64,000 nucleotides of DNA from Macrostomum lignano (lineage: Eukaryota). The translations under genes and the position numbers were made by a program. Below, piece by piece: positions 23,086-36,377 of the stretch (position 1 is its first letter; each line of letters begins with the position of its first letter). The DNA lies in contig NIVC01000567.1 in the NCBI GenBank assembly GCA_002269645.1, positions 372,001 through 436,000 of the forward strand. The letters run 5' to 3'. The notes under the pieces were generated by a model, which did not search any database, was not told the origin of the DNA, and worked only from the letters and a program-made list of their open reading frames with translations.

Positions 23086-24359
23086 GCTACATTTAATCGC
23101 CACAGAAAGGAGCTTTTTTGTTATAATCGGAACGTTAATTTGTTGGAATTTAAAACAATTTCACGATGACTTATCAGCAGCAGCATTATTAAAACCCTGT
23201 CTGATGCAAGCATATAGTGATCTTATGTTATAATATCGTTATCTTATCTCTATCTTATCTTTATCTTATCCTTCTTTATCTTATCTCTATCTACAATTTA
23301 TTTAACAGCGAAGTTTCAATTCAATGAAGCGATTTCGTTGTTTCGAAATCGGTCTCACTGTTTTTGGCTGTTAAATGTATACATCCTTGGTTAATTAAAC
23401 TCTTAATTAGTAGCTCCTTATATCATTCCTTAAATAGCCTCAAAATAAAACGATAAAAAATCGTCCCTACAAAGATGTGTAGAAAGAGTAATAAAAATTA
23501 ACTTGCTGAGTCCAAACGTTTTTTATATACTGTGACGATAATGAGGCGGCCCCGGAAATAATCAACGAAGACAAATACGGCCGAGGAAATTTTTGTAGCG
23601 GTAGCACTTGGCAATAATGGCGACTGATGCGTGCAATGGCCGCAGACTTTGTTTATTGTAACGCATGAGAGGACAGTTAGGCTTGCTATTATTAATTCCG
23701 TCTGGGCGGCCAACAGAGATAGGTTAAAGTACTATATAGTTGGACTCGTAAACGATGCACTAGCGGCTACACAACAATAAGTTGGATGGTAGAAGGCAGA
23801 GTGGGTTCGATGAGTTTGAGGCAATGGTGAAGAAGTGATGGCGGTGAACGTGCGGTGGCGGTGCTCGTAGCGAGAGCTCGAACAGACAGTAGAAGTTGCG
23901 TGACTGAGGCTGGCGAAGGCGTGGTTAAGAACCGTGGCTGAGTGAGGCGGAGAGAAGGCAAGCAAACACGGAGTGTCGGGGCGGCAAGAGTCTAAGGAGC
24001 CTAGGCTGGCTAACGAGGCAGGAAAACAGGAAAAAAACCCGAGCGCCCCAGCCAGACAGGACTGATAAAGAGCGGGCTGGGGGTGGGTGCGCGCGGAGAA
24101 CTTAACATAATTAATGCGCGGCTTTTCTATTGGCCGGCTGGAAAAAACAGAAAACAGAAATTATCGATCGCGCACTGTACGCAGGCTTTACAAATGTACG
24201 CAAGCTGATTAAAATTCTTTGGGCACTACTTTAAGCAGACGTGAGAGTGCGAAACCAACAATATTATTGATTGGTACCGTATGCGAAAACGGCCCTTGGC
24301 GGGGCTACATAAACTGACAACGTCACAATAATTTCTTTGAATGTTGAGAGGTGTACAAT

Positions 24360-24545
24360 CGCGATACAAGACTGGGTGTACAAGACTGGGTGTACAAGAC
24401 TGGATGTACAAGTCTGTGTGTAAAAGACTGGATGTAAAAGACTGGATGAACAAGGCTGGTTGTACAAGACTGTGTGTACAAGACCGTGTGTACAAGACTG
24501 TGTGTACAAGATTGGATGTACAAGACTGGATGTACAAGACTGTGT
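24360..24545. repeat. ~14-16-bp tandem repeat (gtacaagactggat)
   Basis: Direct inspection. Confidence 0.8.
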
Positions 24546-25189
24546 GTGCAAGAAGAAAAGCGCTTAATACACTTACAGGATTTCATGTGAGACGCTGAAA
24601 ATTTGTAGCATTGCCTTCTTACTGTCACTGAAACTCATGTCTGCATTGCAGTGCTGCCTTAATTAGGACGTGGATTTTAAAAAAGATTACCCATGGATTA
24701 ACTATATGTATTATTCAGCCTAAAAGCTCTCTAATGATTGATGGCTTGTGCGGGGATCTTCTTACAACTTTGAGTTAATCTTTTGTTCTCCTCTCTGTGC
24801 CTATCTAATATCTTGATTAAAAGTTGCACTAAGAACGCAGTTCACCATGATTTCAATGAATTCCTAGCTTGGTAAACATTGATGCAGAGGTGCATTTGTT
24901 TAATCAATGAATTCAAAATCATTTGACTAAACAGTTAGGCAGCTCTGAAGAATCAATAAAATTCTTCTTAATTGGAAAAAGGTATCCGTGCTATACATAT
25001 ACCACTGACGCCATCTGGGACAGTAGTATATAGGAGTTTTCTATTTTTAGGACGACGAAAATATAAGGTCCTCGCGAACGTCAGGCACCAGACTGCCGAG
25101 GCAGACAATAGCAGCCTCGATGTCGTCCGGCACGCAGAGCACAACAGTCTTCTGTGTGTAGACCACCGGGCTGACACATTCTACTATAT

Positions 25190-25640
25190 GTTCTGACACA
25201 TTTGACTGCAATCCTGACACATTTAACTGCAATCCTGACACATTAGACTGCAATCCTGACACATTTAACTGCAATCCTGACACATTTGACTGTATCTTGA
25301 CACATTTGACTGTGTCCTGACACATTTGACTGTGTCCTGACACATTTGACTGTGTCCTGACACATTTGACTGTGTCCTGACACATTTGACTGTGTCCTGA
25401 CACATTTGACTGTGTCCTGACACATTTGAGTGTATCCTGACACTTTTGAGTGTATCCTGACACTTTTGAGTGTATCCTGACACTTTTGAGGGTATCCTGA
25501 AACATTTGACTGCAATACTGACACATCTGTCTGTATATTGACACATTTGACCTGTCTCCTGACATATTTGTGTGTCCTAACACATTTTACTGTGTTCTGA
25601 CACATTTGAGTATGTTTGTGGTACATTCGAATGTGTCCTT
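25190..25640. repeat. 20-bp minisatellite (ctgacacatttgactgtgtc)
   Basis: Direct inspection. Confidence 0.9.
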
Positions 25641-26035
25641 AATCTTTAACAGTACAGAGCTAACTTTGATTAACTTCACTGCAATGCGTATTCAGAAACG
25701 CAGTTTCATTCCAGCGTTATGAATTTACGAATTAAATAAAAACAGAAAAGGATAAATTTACATTTTAAAATACAAACGCTTTCAGTTTTTTTACTTTATT
25801 AGAAATTCAATAAAATCAGGTCCAGGTTATAAGAAAAGTCATTACTTCTTAAGACACAATGATTTGTGGCAGGAAATTGTTGCTAATTTTCATTGGCTGC
25901 AAACAGACGTCATGCAAGATGGATTTCATTGGTTGATAAGCTTGCAAAAAAGAGAATATATAATAATTTGTCCAGAAAACGACCGAGTATCTACAAGATA
26001 CAACTTTATCAAATGTTTGAGAAACAATTATTCAA

Positions 26036-29000
26036 ATGTTGAGGCTTGCATCGGCAGTTGTCATCCTTTCTTTGACAACTATCACCTCAGGCCTGGACTT
26101 CAAGCTGGCAGTTGTGGTCAAGCAGAATGCAGTGAGCAGCTCCCTCATCGACCTGGCTGTGAGCAGACGGGTGAACTCAAACTGGAGACTGTTGCCAGGC
26201 CACTCAATGTCGCACGCGATCGTTCAGGTGCCCGCGGATGGAGCTCAGCAGGCTGCAAAGTGGGGTGAGTAACTTAGCACTCTGCAGCATTGGGAAACGA
26301 ATCAATAATTTCAGGATTGAGTCCGTTATAAATTGAGGTCAAGTACGTGTAGGGTAAACACATTATTTGAGAGCTCAGGCGCGTCGATACTTCTGAAGAA
26401 GAAGTACACTAAGTGACACTCGATCAAAGTGCAGAGCAGACCTCTTCTTCTGTTCCAGTGTGCTCTCAGTCCAATCTGTCAGCTCTTCTTGCGGTCGGCA
26501 GCTGCGGTCTCCTCTCGGACCTGAGCTCGCTAGCCAAGTCGCTTCAACTGCCGTTCATCGCCCTGCCAACTGCTCTGTGCAGCCCGGATGAAATTCTCCG
26601 TGAGTCTGTTTGTACATGGGTTGCTTCGGTTTTGACAAGACGAAAGAAACTTTTCAAGTAATATTGTGAATAGAATGATTTTTATATGAAAGCTCCGCGC
26701 TCAAATACTTCATCGGATAACTTTGGTCACCTAAGTGCAGGTATCAGACAGAAAATCGATACTATTTTGACTAGCTAAAGTGTCGATATGGGTATGTGGG
26801 TATAGTCTGTTATCAAGCTTGGTTTTCGGTAAGAGAACGAGCATCGAGTTGCTTTGTTGAAACTGAAATTGGAGCAAATGGATTGGAGCTAAAGTTACAA
26901 CAACACCCATCAATGCTGCCCAGCCTTTGGAGTCACAGGAAGTCACGACACAGATTTCTTTGTGAATGCCGCCTTCGCCGTGATGGAGTCGAAAGCAGCC
27001 AAAGAGGTGGCCATTCTGTATGACAGAGCTTCGGGTGAGCAGATATCTTATTGATTACGTCGTATAAAAAAGTCCTAAACTTGACAAAGCGAATTTTCAC
27101 TTGTAATCACACAGGAGGAGAAATGCTGCAGCTGCTGCAGACGCGACTGTCAAGCATCGGCATCAGCTCCATCATCTTCAACGCCGATCCCACACTCAGC
27201 GGAGATCTTCTCTCTGAGAGGCTCAGACGCCTCATGAAGAAGCGCCTGTTCAACGCCATCGTCATGGCGACGCCTCGCAACGCGCAAAGCATCACGGCAG
27301 CCGCTGCGAACGCCAGCGTCATGCAGCAGAACTACTTCTGGCTCGTGATTGACAGCGGCGGACTCAGCAAGTCCCACCTGATGCGGGTGTGTCCCAACAA
27401 CTGCAACCTGGCTCTGCTCAGAGGAGGCACAAATGGCGTCAATCGGCCATCGGACTGTCCGCCTGCAGTGAGAGACGTCTTTCCGAGCTGCGACACCAAC
27501 AGCATTCGGGTGAGCGCCAGCTGCCCTGCCCTGCCCTGCCCTGCCCTGCCCTGCCCTGCCCTGCCCTGCCCTGCCCTGCCCTGCCCTGCCCTGCCCTGCC
27601 CTGCCCTGCCCTGCCCTGCCCTGCCCTGCCCTGCCCTGCCCTGCCCTGCCCTGCCCTGCCCTGCCCTGCCCTGCCCTGCCCTGCCCTGCCCTGCCCTGCC
27701 CTGCCCTGCCCTGCCCTGCCCTGCCCTGCCCTGCCCTGCCCTGCCATGCATTGCTCAATCACAAACTCACTCAAAGCATCAAAGATTAAGCACTAATTTT
27801 CGGCAAATATGTACCTTACTCACATTAATACTCGATCTCCTATCAACCGAAATCTTGCACAGACACTGGACATCCGTCTCGTGGATGCGATTGAGGCTCT
27901 GGCGAAGGCTCTCACAGACTCGCTGACTCAGCCAGGATTCCTAGAGAGCAACGCGTCATGCTTTCCTCTGCAGCCGTGGTCGTCTGGCGCTCAAGTGCTC
28001 AGCAACGTAATGTCCGTGAGTTCGTGCTCGCAGCATTTGACAGCTCACTTTATTGCTCATTTCACTGCTCCAGTGCTCCCTCATTAACTGATCTCAGGTG
28101 TGAGCAGTTGCAGTCGCCGCTGTGTCTCATTTCAGCTATCGAGCTTCGACTCGGGTCGCGGTGAGATTTCCTTCAACTCGACAACAGGATTCTTCAACGC
28201 TCATGGCGTTGAGATCGTTGCGTCATTCACTGAGCAGGTGGGAGCGGCAGCTCGGTTCGAGCTGAGCGGTCGGTTCAGCAGCGGCTCGCTGACGAAACTG
28301 TTCCACAAGAGCGGCGGTGCATTCGTGTTCCCCAACACCTTCACGGGGTTCAACAATGCCAGCATTGTGGCCTGCGCACCTCCAGTACGTGATCACCTTT
28401 AGCTTTAGGAGTTTCAACCTTAAATGTTTCTAAGCTAGTAGCTAAGAAGTTAAACACTCAATTTGTAGCTACATCCGGTAACCACAGTCAAAGCGGAGCT
28501 AGGAAATCGGTCATTCATGGGCACTGGCTATGTACCGGATATTGTTGAATATCTGTCAAAAAAGTTGAACTTCAGGTGCGATTTTTCAATAAGGTGTTTT
28601 GCTATCAAGTGATCTGTCAGTAGTTAAAAATTTTATATGCGTTACTGGTTACTGTTACTGGAACATTTTTAAGGTACGTCCTGAAGAAACCGGATGATGG
28701 TCAGTGGGGCGGCCCTGTGCCCGGATCGCCCTACTTTTCCGGCTGTGTTGGCGAGGTTCAGCGTGGGGTGAGTCTGGCTACGGGGAGAGTAGATGCACGT
28801 TTATTCTAACTGATGGATGCTGCAATAAGCTGCTATAATTGAGATTGCTCAACTTAATTTACAGTTTGTTTTGACCAGTTTTAAAATTGATTTGAGCAAA
28901 AACGGACTGCTTAAGTAGAATGACGTAGCGCATTGCCATTTTTGACCCGTAGCATGTAGCAGGCTATTTTTATTCTGTATTTTGCCAAGAATTCATTGAA

Positions 29001-32000
29001 ACCCGTGGAAGCAAGAAATAATCTTCCACAAGCGATCTGTCACGTACCTGTTGCTTAAGATCTACAATGACGTAAGTACGAAAGTATAATAAAACTTTTT
29101 AGACTTCAATGTCTCGGAGCTACTTTAAATAAAGATTCATGACGCACAATATTGAAAAACCTCAGATCGTTCAGCTTGGCGCTGGGACTTTCACTAAAAC
29201 AACACTACGTGACTCCGTGATCGACTTCTCAGCGGATTTGTTTGCTGAGTACAACGGTATCCTGGTGCCGAAGCCGAAGCCCTCAACCAAGATGTGGAAC
29301 GTGTTCTACCCGCTCAGCTGGCAGCTGTGGCTGTGTCTGGCTGCCTCTCTGTTTGTGGCCGCATTCTGCGTCTGGATCATGGCCTACTACTCCCCGTTCT
29401 CAGCCGTCAATCTGCAGTTGGAGTGCGCCATAACTGACGAGGTCAACTATTTGGAATATTTGTGGACCGTGACCGGCTGTCTGATGCAGCAAGGCCAGGA
29501 CTTTTATCCGTTTGCTAGTTCTCCCAGGATTTCGCTGTGCTTTTGGTTCTTCTTTGTAGTGATCATTGGAGCTTCTTACACAGGTGATTCCGCAAGGGCG
29601 TTTTACAAACTCGAAATTTAACATGGTCGAAAAGACTTGCTAGTCGCGGAATCAGTAGGAGTCCAGCAACTAACTTGAGACTTCTAACATAATTTATAAG
29701 AGCAAATCAATGTACAGACATTACCTCCTACACTTGACAGCCTTCCTCACGTCTATGCTGACCGTTGCCGTGACCCAGACAACAATCAAATCGCTGGAAG
29801 ACCTGGTGTCCCAGACTGTAATTAAGCCTGGCGCCATACCCGGCACAAATATTTACCATCTGATGAAGTCACCCTTAAACAGTGTAGGTATCTACGACCA
29901 GATTGGAAAGCTGCTTGTTGAGGCTCCGAATTGTCCGTTTGAGGTGAGCCAATTGTGGTTTTTTGAGCAAGGTTTTTACATTTACACGAGTGTAGCTATA
30001 AGCGTACATCCTTGCATGGAGTGTGCCTAAGTTGTCACCGCTAGAACTACCAGATTTTTTAGATTTCGTTCAATGATACACGAAAACCTTGAGATTCCAG
30101 AAAGAAATCTATTAATACGACCCAGGCTCACGATCTTATCAAGCACTTTTGATGCACCAGAAAGAGTTAATCAGATGCTTATTTGAATTAAGACTATAAA
30201 ATCTCAAAATGCAGTCGCAAGGTGAAAAAATGGCCAGCCGACGGCAAAAAACTTAAACGCTGCCATTGTGCATCAACACATCAAGAGCTGTGTACAGCAT
30301 GCAAGTAACAATCTCAATTTGTGCAAAAATCCGTCGAATCGTCGTTTAATGCAAGTTTAGACAATTTGTACGTGCGTACGTTTTTCTAACCTATTTTAAT
30401 GTTTGCATTTGACTAAGGCTTCTTTGTAGTTTAGTCTTACTTAGTAAGCTTTGGCTTACTTCATTCTCAACTATTTCACATGTAAAAGATATATTATAGA
30501 GGATCTAGACAAAAATCCCGATCGCCAGGCTAAGGTATGCGTAGTCTATAGTAGTCCTTGACAACTTTAACCAGTCGCTATACTGTTACCCCTGTAGCTC
30601 TACCACTGCTCGGTGCTGCTAAAAGCTCTATACAGCATTAACTAGTGGTCCTTGGCTGCTGCTCTATCACAGTAAGGTGAACTCATGGAAGTGATAGATC
30701 ACTGTGACAGTCTTGATCTCTTAACGACGCAGTCAGCCTATAAATCTATAAGTAAAAACTTCAGCCTAATCGTGCCTAACGTCGCTTCTATCGGACTTAA
30801 AAGGAATAATTGCTGTCCCTAAGGGCAAGGGGTTAACAAGCTTTTTGACTCAAGGTCCAGAGAAAGAATCCAGTGCATGACTGCGGGATAGAAGAGGGAG
30901 AGAGGGTCAAGGAAAATAGTGAAAAGAAAATAGAGACAGAGGAGAGGAGAGGAGAGGAGAGGAGAGGAGAGAGGCAACATCGAAGTTCACCAAAATTCAC
31001 CCAGGCTTTGGAGAACAGCGAAACCGCATGCTTAGGAGACGTCTCTCGGCTGCAGTACTTTGCCAAGCTCAACTGCACTAAAGTCTACCTGGCAGAAGTG
31101 CAATTCAACGCTGCCACCGTAGCATTTATCTATCCCGAGGATGCAATCTACGGAGAAGCCACTAATTTCTAGTGAGTCCATCGGCTAATGGAGACATGCT
31201 TAAGTGTGTAATACTACTAGTCAGTTTAATTCAGCCTAGTCCTGAATTACTCGATTTGGAAATCGATGACAGCTGCTTCGCGTTCTTCTTAGTTGACTTT
31301 AACACGTAATAATTCATGTATTATCATTGCTGAGCTATTTTAGATGCTTTTCCCTACAAGGCAAAGATTCTTCGGGCCAATTGGGACAGAAAAAAACGTC
31401 ATTAGAAACCGGCTCGTACACTTCTTTCTGTTAAAACGCCAGTAATGATGTTAATAATAATTGAATACACCTGCCCTAATGGGCAGATGTGCAACCGACA
31501 GCTCAGCCGCAGCTATTGCGCGGCGCATCTGAAGGCTGCGTACGGCTGTTCAGTCCAAAGACTGGGGGGGAGGTCGCTGGGTGAACTGAAGCAATGCAGA
31601 GTCAAAGTGTCTTGCTCAAGGACACAAATTGTTCCGAGAGGGTGGAGAATCGAACCCCCGACCTTTCAGCCGTGAGTAGCTAAGGTTATTGAATGGATCT
31701 AACCAGAAACAGCTGGTCACCGAGCAGAAACCGACTGGAATGGATAATGGTTGGACTGCTCGTAAATTCGACCAACCAGCTAGATATCAGTTCCTGTTGG
31801 CTATGGTCCTCGATCTTGCTTAACGATTCCATCATGCAGGCTTTATAAACTGACATCCTCGTTGAGCTTCATAAGAATTTCATTCAGAATTTCGCAGGTT
31901 CTGAAATTTTGTCTTAATGGCCGAAACCTGACCTTTCATTAGCAAAATCCGGCAGTTATTTCGGGTCAATGTGTCAAAACGAGACCATTATAAAAAACGA

Positions 32001-32370
32001 ATTATTAATTATGGTTTTGCAGCAAAATAATGACTATAATGTACTGTTAGTAAGACTAGATTTAGTTACTAACTCGTTGCGGCAGACTTAAATAAGAGTT
32101 GCTCTAGACACAGGTTGTAATTTCCGGTCTAATTATTACAGCTTAAAACGACTACGAGAAAGCGGACAGATCCAGGTGCTGATTGACAAGTACTATGCTG
32201 CGCCAGACGATGGTTCTCAGTGCAGTGGCGTGAGCAGCAGCTACTCTGGCGCCAAGCCAATCAGCCTGGATACCGTGACTGGCTGCTTCATTGTCACCGG
32301 CTGTTTCTACTTTTTGGGTTTGCTATTTCTTGTTGTGGAGTTTGCTGTTGCTAAAGTCAAATATGGTTGA
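26036..32370 (+). CDS. Ionotropic glutamate receptor / IR-like channel subunit (12 exons)
   Basis: Exons start at 26036, 26459, about 26924, 27115, 27863, about 28135, about 28471, about 28674, 29167, about 29732, about 31004 and 32142. They encode a signal peptide, ATD, S1 (DDGQWG; TFTKTTLR), M1, pore LMQQG, M3 SYT..LTAFLT, S2 (LRESG) and M4. Confidence 0.88.
27521..27745. repeat. (CCCTG)n microsatellite in an iGluR intron
   Basis: Begins about 11 nt after the donor at 27510. Confidence 0.95.
31478..31680 (-). mobile_element. CORE-like SINE, family B
   Basis: Near-identical to 42755-43003 and the reverse complement of 19290-19440. Confidence 0.75.
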
Positions 32371-33167
32371 ATCCATTTTTTGGGCACAACTTTATGGCAG
32401 ATTAATGAGAAATATATCATATGAACAACTAACGGTGATGGAAAGTGTTGAAAGAGCTTTTTTCAAAATTTTACAAATTGACGTTTTACGAGGTATCCTT
32501 AATACTGCGCCTGTATTACTTTTAGTAGCACTTAGTAAATATCAATCTTTATTGATTTTATAAAGCGATTACGAAACTTTTGTAAATAATATATTTGAGC
32601 TAGAAGTGCAGCTAAGCTGGGTTGGAAGACGCTAAGCATGTTGTATATAATTATGAAAACAGCTTGGCAAACTGCTATTACTGCTAGACTGCAACCAGAC
32701 CAATAAGTTGTTAAATTTTCTTTGCTAAGAACGGTGCAGACAGACCAATAGCAAGGCTTCTTTCCATAGGGGTAGGAGTTGTGTTTTGCTTTTTTACTTG
32801 ATGTAGGCAAAAGAGAGGCAAGAAAGTCTGAGGCCTCGAATGATGGCGTGCTCAAGTGCAGTTATAACTGGTATTTGCCATTGCTGGTACATTCGACAGC
32901 TACCCCCTCTCGCCCGTTCTTCTCAGGGCAAGCCAGAGAAACAGACAGAGAAAGAAGAATAATCTCAAACGGGCTGTTTTAGGTTATAAAGAGCAGAGTT
33001 ATTCTCTATTATGCTGTGTAGTTGAACGACACAGCGTTTCTTAGCTTATTTCTGTCTTAGACTGTCTTTATTGTGCTCTATTGATTCAGATAGATTTTTA
33101 GTTTTCTTCCAAAGAAATTTAAAAAAGTGGAATAATAGAGACAGCTCCTCATAGCGCCGGCGGCACC

Positions 33168-36100
33168 ATGTCGACTGCTGGTGGTAAGTCATCCGGATGA
33201 TGCACTCCGTCGACTCTATCTCTGTGCCCTTCTATCTCTCTACTGCCTCTATCGTGCTTAAAATGCTCCATCTAGATAGCTACTGAGCCATATACCTTCC
33301 TACGCGGCTAGCGGCGAAAATTAATTATTAATCATAGTGCAATCCACTGCTCAGCGCATGATTTTTTACGCGTCTCTAGGATTGCTTCTGGCCTATGGAG
33401 AGGGACGGAGAGAGAGGGCTGAGGGAGTGAAAAAAGTTAGACTTGTGCCGCCAACTATCTCTTTGAATTGGAATTTACGATTCATCATTCATCGATCTAA
33501 GTTATATAGGCTTTGTAAAGACAAGCAGGCCTGTAGTATTAGCTCTCACTCGTTGCCAAGCGAACCATTTAACATCTCTCTAACACCCCTCTCTCCACTC
33601 GGGGGGTAACTCTGTCTCTGACCATTATTTTACTGAATTTCATCCCCCAGCGATAAGTCAGCAAAGGCAGCTGCGAGCCTTTCTGACTCAAAGCGCTCAT
33701 TCGACTGGTGCATCGACGACTAAACGTCCAACAACAGCGACGGCAACTCTGGGTGGATTTGAGTCGCTGTTTGATAACACAGAGTCAGCAGAACCAGATT
33801 TAGCCATTCTAAGGACCACTAGCGCACCCGATTCCGCTATGATACGTCTGGCGGCTACTTTGGACGATGCCAGACTGAAAATGTCGTTGCTGAAGCGACA
33901 ACAGCTGGCGGAAGCTGAGCAGTTGTCTCGATTGTCCAGAAGAAGCGACGAGTTGAGGAATTACAGTAGAGAACGATTTCTGGATAGGATAGAGGTTGAC
34001 GATGCTGTAAGTCATAGTACATAAATTTTACCCAAATGTTTTTTGTACATTTCAATCGAAAGGGAAAATACTTTTTGATGGGAAACTCTTGGAAAAGGTG
34101 CTTCATGTGATAAACTTGTAGGCTCGTAGCTAAATGGAAAAGGTGCTTCATGTGATAAACTTGTAGGCTCGTAGCTAAATGGAAAAGGTGCTTCATGTGA
34201 TACACTTGTAGGCTCGTAGCTAAATGGAAAAGGTGCTTCATGTGATACACTTGTAGGCTCGTAGCTAAATGGAAAAGGTGCTTCATGTGATACACTTGTA
34301 GGCTTGTAGCTAAATGGAAAAGGTGCTTCATGTGATACACTTGTAGGCTCGTAGCTAAATGGAAAAGGTGCTTCATGTGATACACTTGTAGGCTTGTAGC
34401 TAAATGGAAAAGGTGCTTCATGTGATACACTTGTAGGCTCGTAGCTAAATGGAAAAGGTGCTTCATGTGATACACTTGTAGGCTCGTAGCTAAATGGAAA
34501 AGGTGCTTCATGTGATACACTTGTAGGCTTGTAGCTAAATGGAAAAGGTGCTTCATGTGATACACTTGTAGGCTTGTAGCTAAATGGAAAAGGTGCTTCA
34601 TGTGATACACTTGTAGGCTCGTAGCTAAATGGAAAAGGTGCTTCATGTGACAAACTTGTAGACTCGTAACTAAATGGAAAAGGTGCTTCATGTAAAGTTG
34701 TCCATGTTCAGTATCTTATTCATTAAAAAAAATAGCGTCCACTATACTAAGTTACTTACTCGTATTAAAGTTATCATTTCAAATATTGCTCTCATCACTT
34801 CATGAAATGATTAATCAACCACCCGTCACATTCAGAGTCGTCAACCGCAACCGGTACAACGTTCTCGGCCGACACTCAGTCGACCAGCGAGTAGCAAGTG
34901 CGCCTTCTCGCCCTACGTCACCTTGCCAAAACCCGTTGACGTTGGGGAAGCCTACTGCTGCGAGGCCGCGTCAACATCGGAGGAGCTTCTCAATGGCAGG
35001 TCGCGAGCTCGAGCCCAGCTGATGTCGCAGCTTCGCTTGCGCCAGCCGGTGCAGCCAGTTAAATTCCGACACGATCGAACAGCGCAGGAGCTGGCTCAGG
35101 AGGGCTGCTTGCCAAGTCGCTATCTGTGCGAGCCGTATCCATGGCAACCAGGCTACAAGTACACGCCATATCCGACGCCAAAGCTGCTAGCCTGGACTAA
35201 CGATGAATCCGAACGGAGGCTAGAACGACAGAGGCTAGCTGAAGACTTCGATCAGCCCGAGACGCCTCCGGTGGCAGCAACTCCGCCGACTCCACCGACT
35301 TCACCGCCAAATCAGCCGATGCCGCCAGAGCCAGCAGCTCCCGTTGCCGAGCCTGCGTCGCTACTCGCTCCTCCTGCCACTCAGGAGCAACAGCAGCGTC
35401 CGAAATCTGGCAGATCAGCGAAGCCAAGTCGACGTGGACACCAGAAGAATCACAAGGAGCAGCAGCTCACACCGGAGCAGCAGGCGCTGCTGTTGGAGCA
35501 GCAGCTCGCTGAGAAGGCGGCCGCGCGGCGACGAAACTTCTCGGTGTCGACCATCGGCGAAGAGGAGCTGGCGCCAGTGCGACAGGAGCAGCAGCGACTA
35601 TTAGACGTGTGCCAGCGTCTTCGCGATCGTCAACTGGCGAGAGAAGCCGCGGCTGCGGCTGCGGCGGCTGAAGCGGCGGCGGTCGAGGCCGCGTTGAAAG
35701 CTGCTGCCGAGGCAGCCAATGCGCCGCCTGAGCCGCCGCCGCCACCACCGCCTCCACCAACTGACAAGGTGTCGAAAGGAAAGAAAAGTAGGAGCAGCTC
35801 AGCGGGCAGCGACAAGAAGACGAAAAAGAAGCCAGCAGCCGGTCCGGGAAAGCAGAAGAAAACAGCGCAAACGAAATCGCCGCGTTCAGCGTCTAGCGGG
35901 GGCAGCGACAAAACCGCCGCCTCGGGGGCAAAGAAGCAGCAGAAGAGCAGCAGCAGCGGCGGCACGCCCAGTCGCAGCGGCAGCGTCAGCGGTAACTCGG
36001 CTAAGAACGCCGACGACAGTAAAAAGAAAAAGCCCCAATCGTCGAAGCCGGCGAAAAAGGCGTCGCCAAGGGCGAAGTCACCCAAGGGTGGCAAGAAGCA

Positions 36101-36377
36101 ACCGGCTGGTAAAAAAGGCAAGGCAACTGCAGAGCAGAAACAGGCGGCGGCACCGCCGCAGCCGGAGGCTACACCGGAGGAGCCGCCAGGTCCGGACCCA
36201 ATCGACCTTCTAGCTGACGAAATCGAGGCTGCTGAGGTGTTCCATCGAACCAAGTCGCCGGACGAGTTGCCCGACTTTCCTTGTCCGAGCTCAGAGGGCA
36301 AGTCGCGTCAGCAGCTAACAAAGATTTGGTGGCAGCGGCTGGGGATGTCCACTGGCGGCGTGTCGGTGATCACGTGA
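33168..36377 (+). CDS. Uncharacterised Lys/Ala/Pro/Ser-rich protein (~640 aa, 3 exons)
   Basis: ATG in a caccATG context. Exons 33168-33183, 33651-34006 and 34836-36377 splice in phase with gtaagt donors. No domain recognised. Confidence 0.7.
34093..34695. repeat. 45-bp minisatellite (intronic)
   Basis: About 13 copies of aggtgcttcatgtgatacacttgtaggctcgtagctaaatggaaa. Confidence 0.9.

Noticed and set aside
34093-34695. CRISPR-like regular array (also 3895-4125, 43005-43165, 56108-56460)
   Set aside because: The units are head-to-tail with no unique spacers, there are no cas genes, and the context is a eukaryotic intron.
35630-36301. Antisense 223-aa ORF and similar shadow ORFs over GC-rich exons
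   Set aside because: This is expected stop-poor antisense of GC-rich coding sequence.
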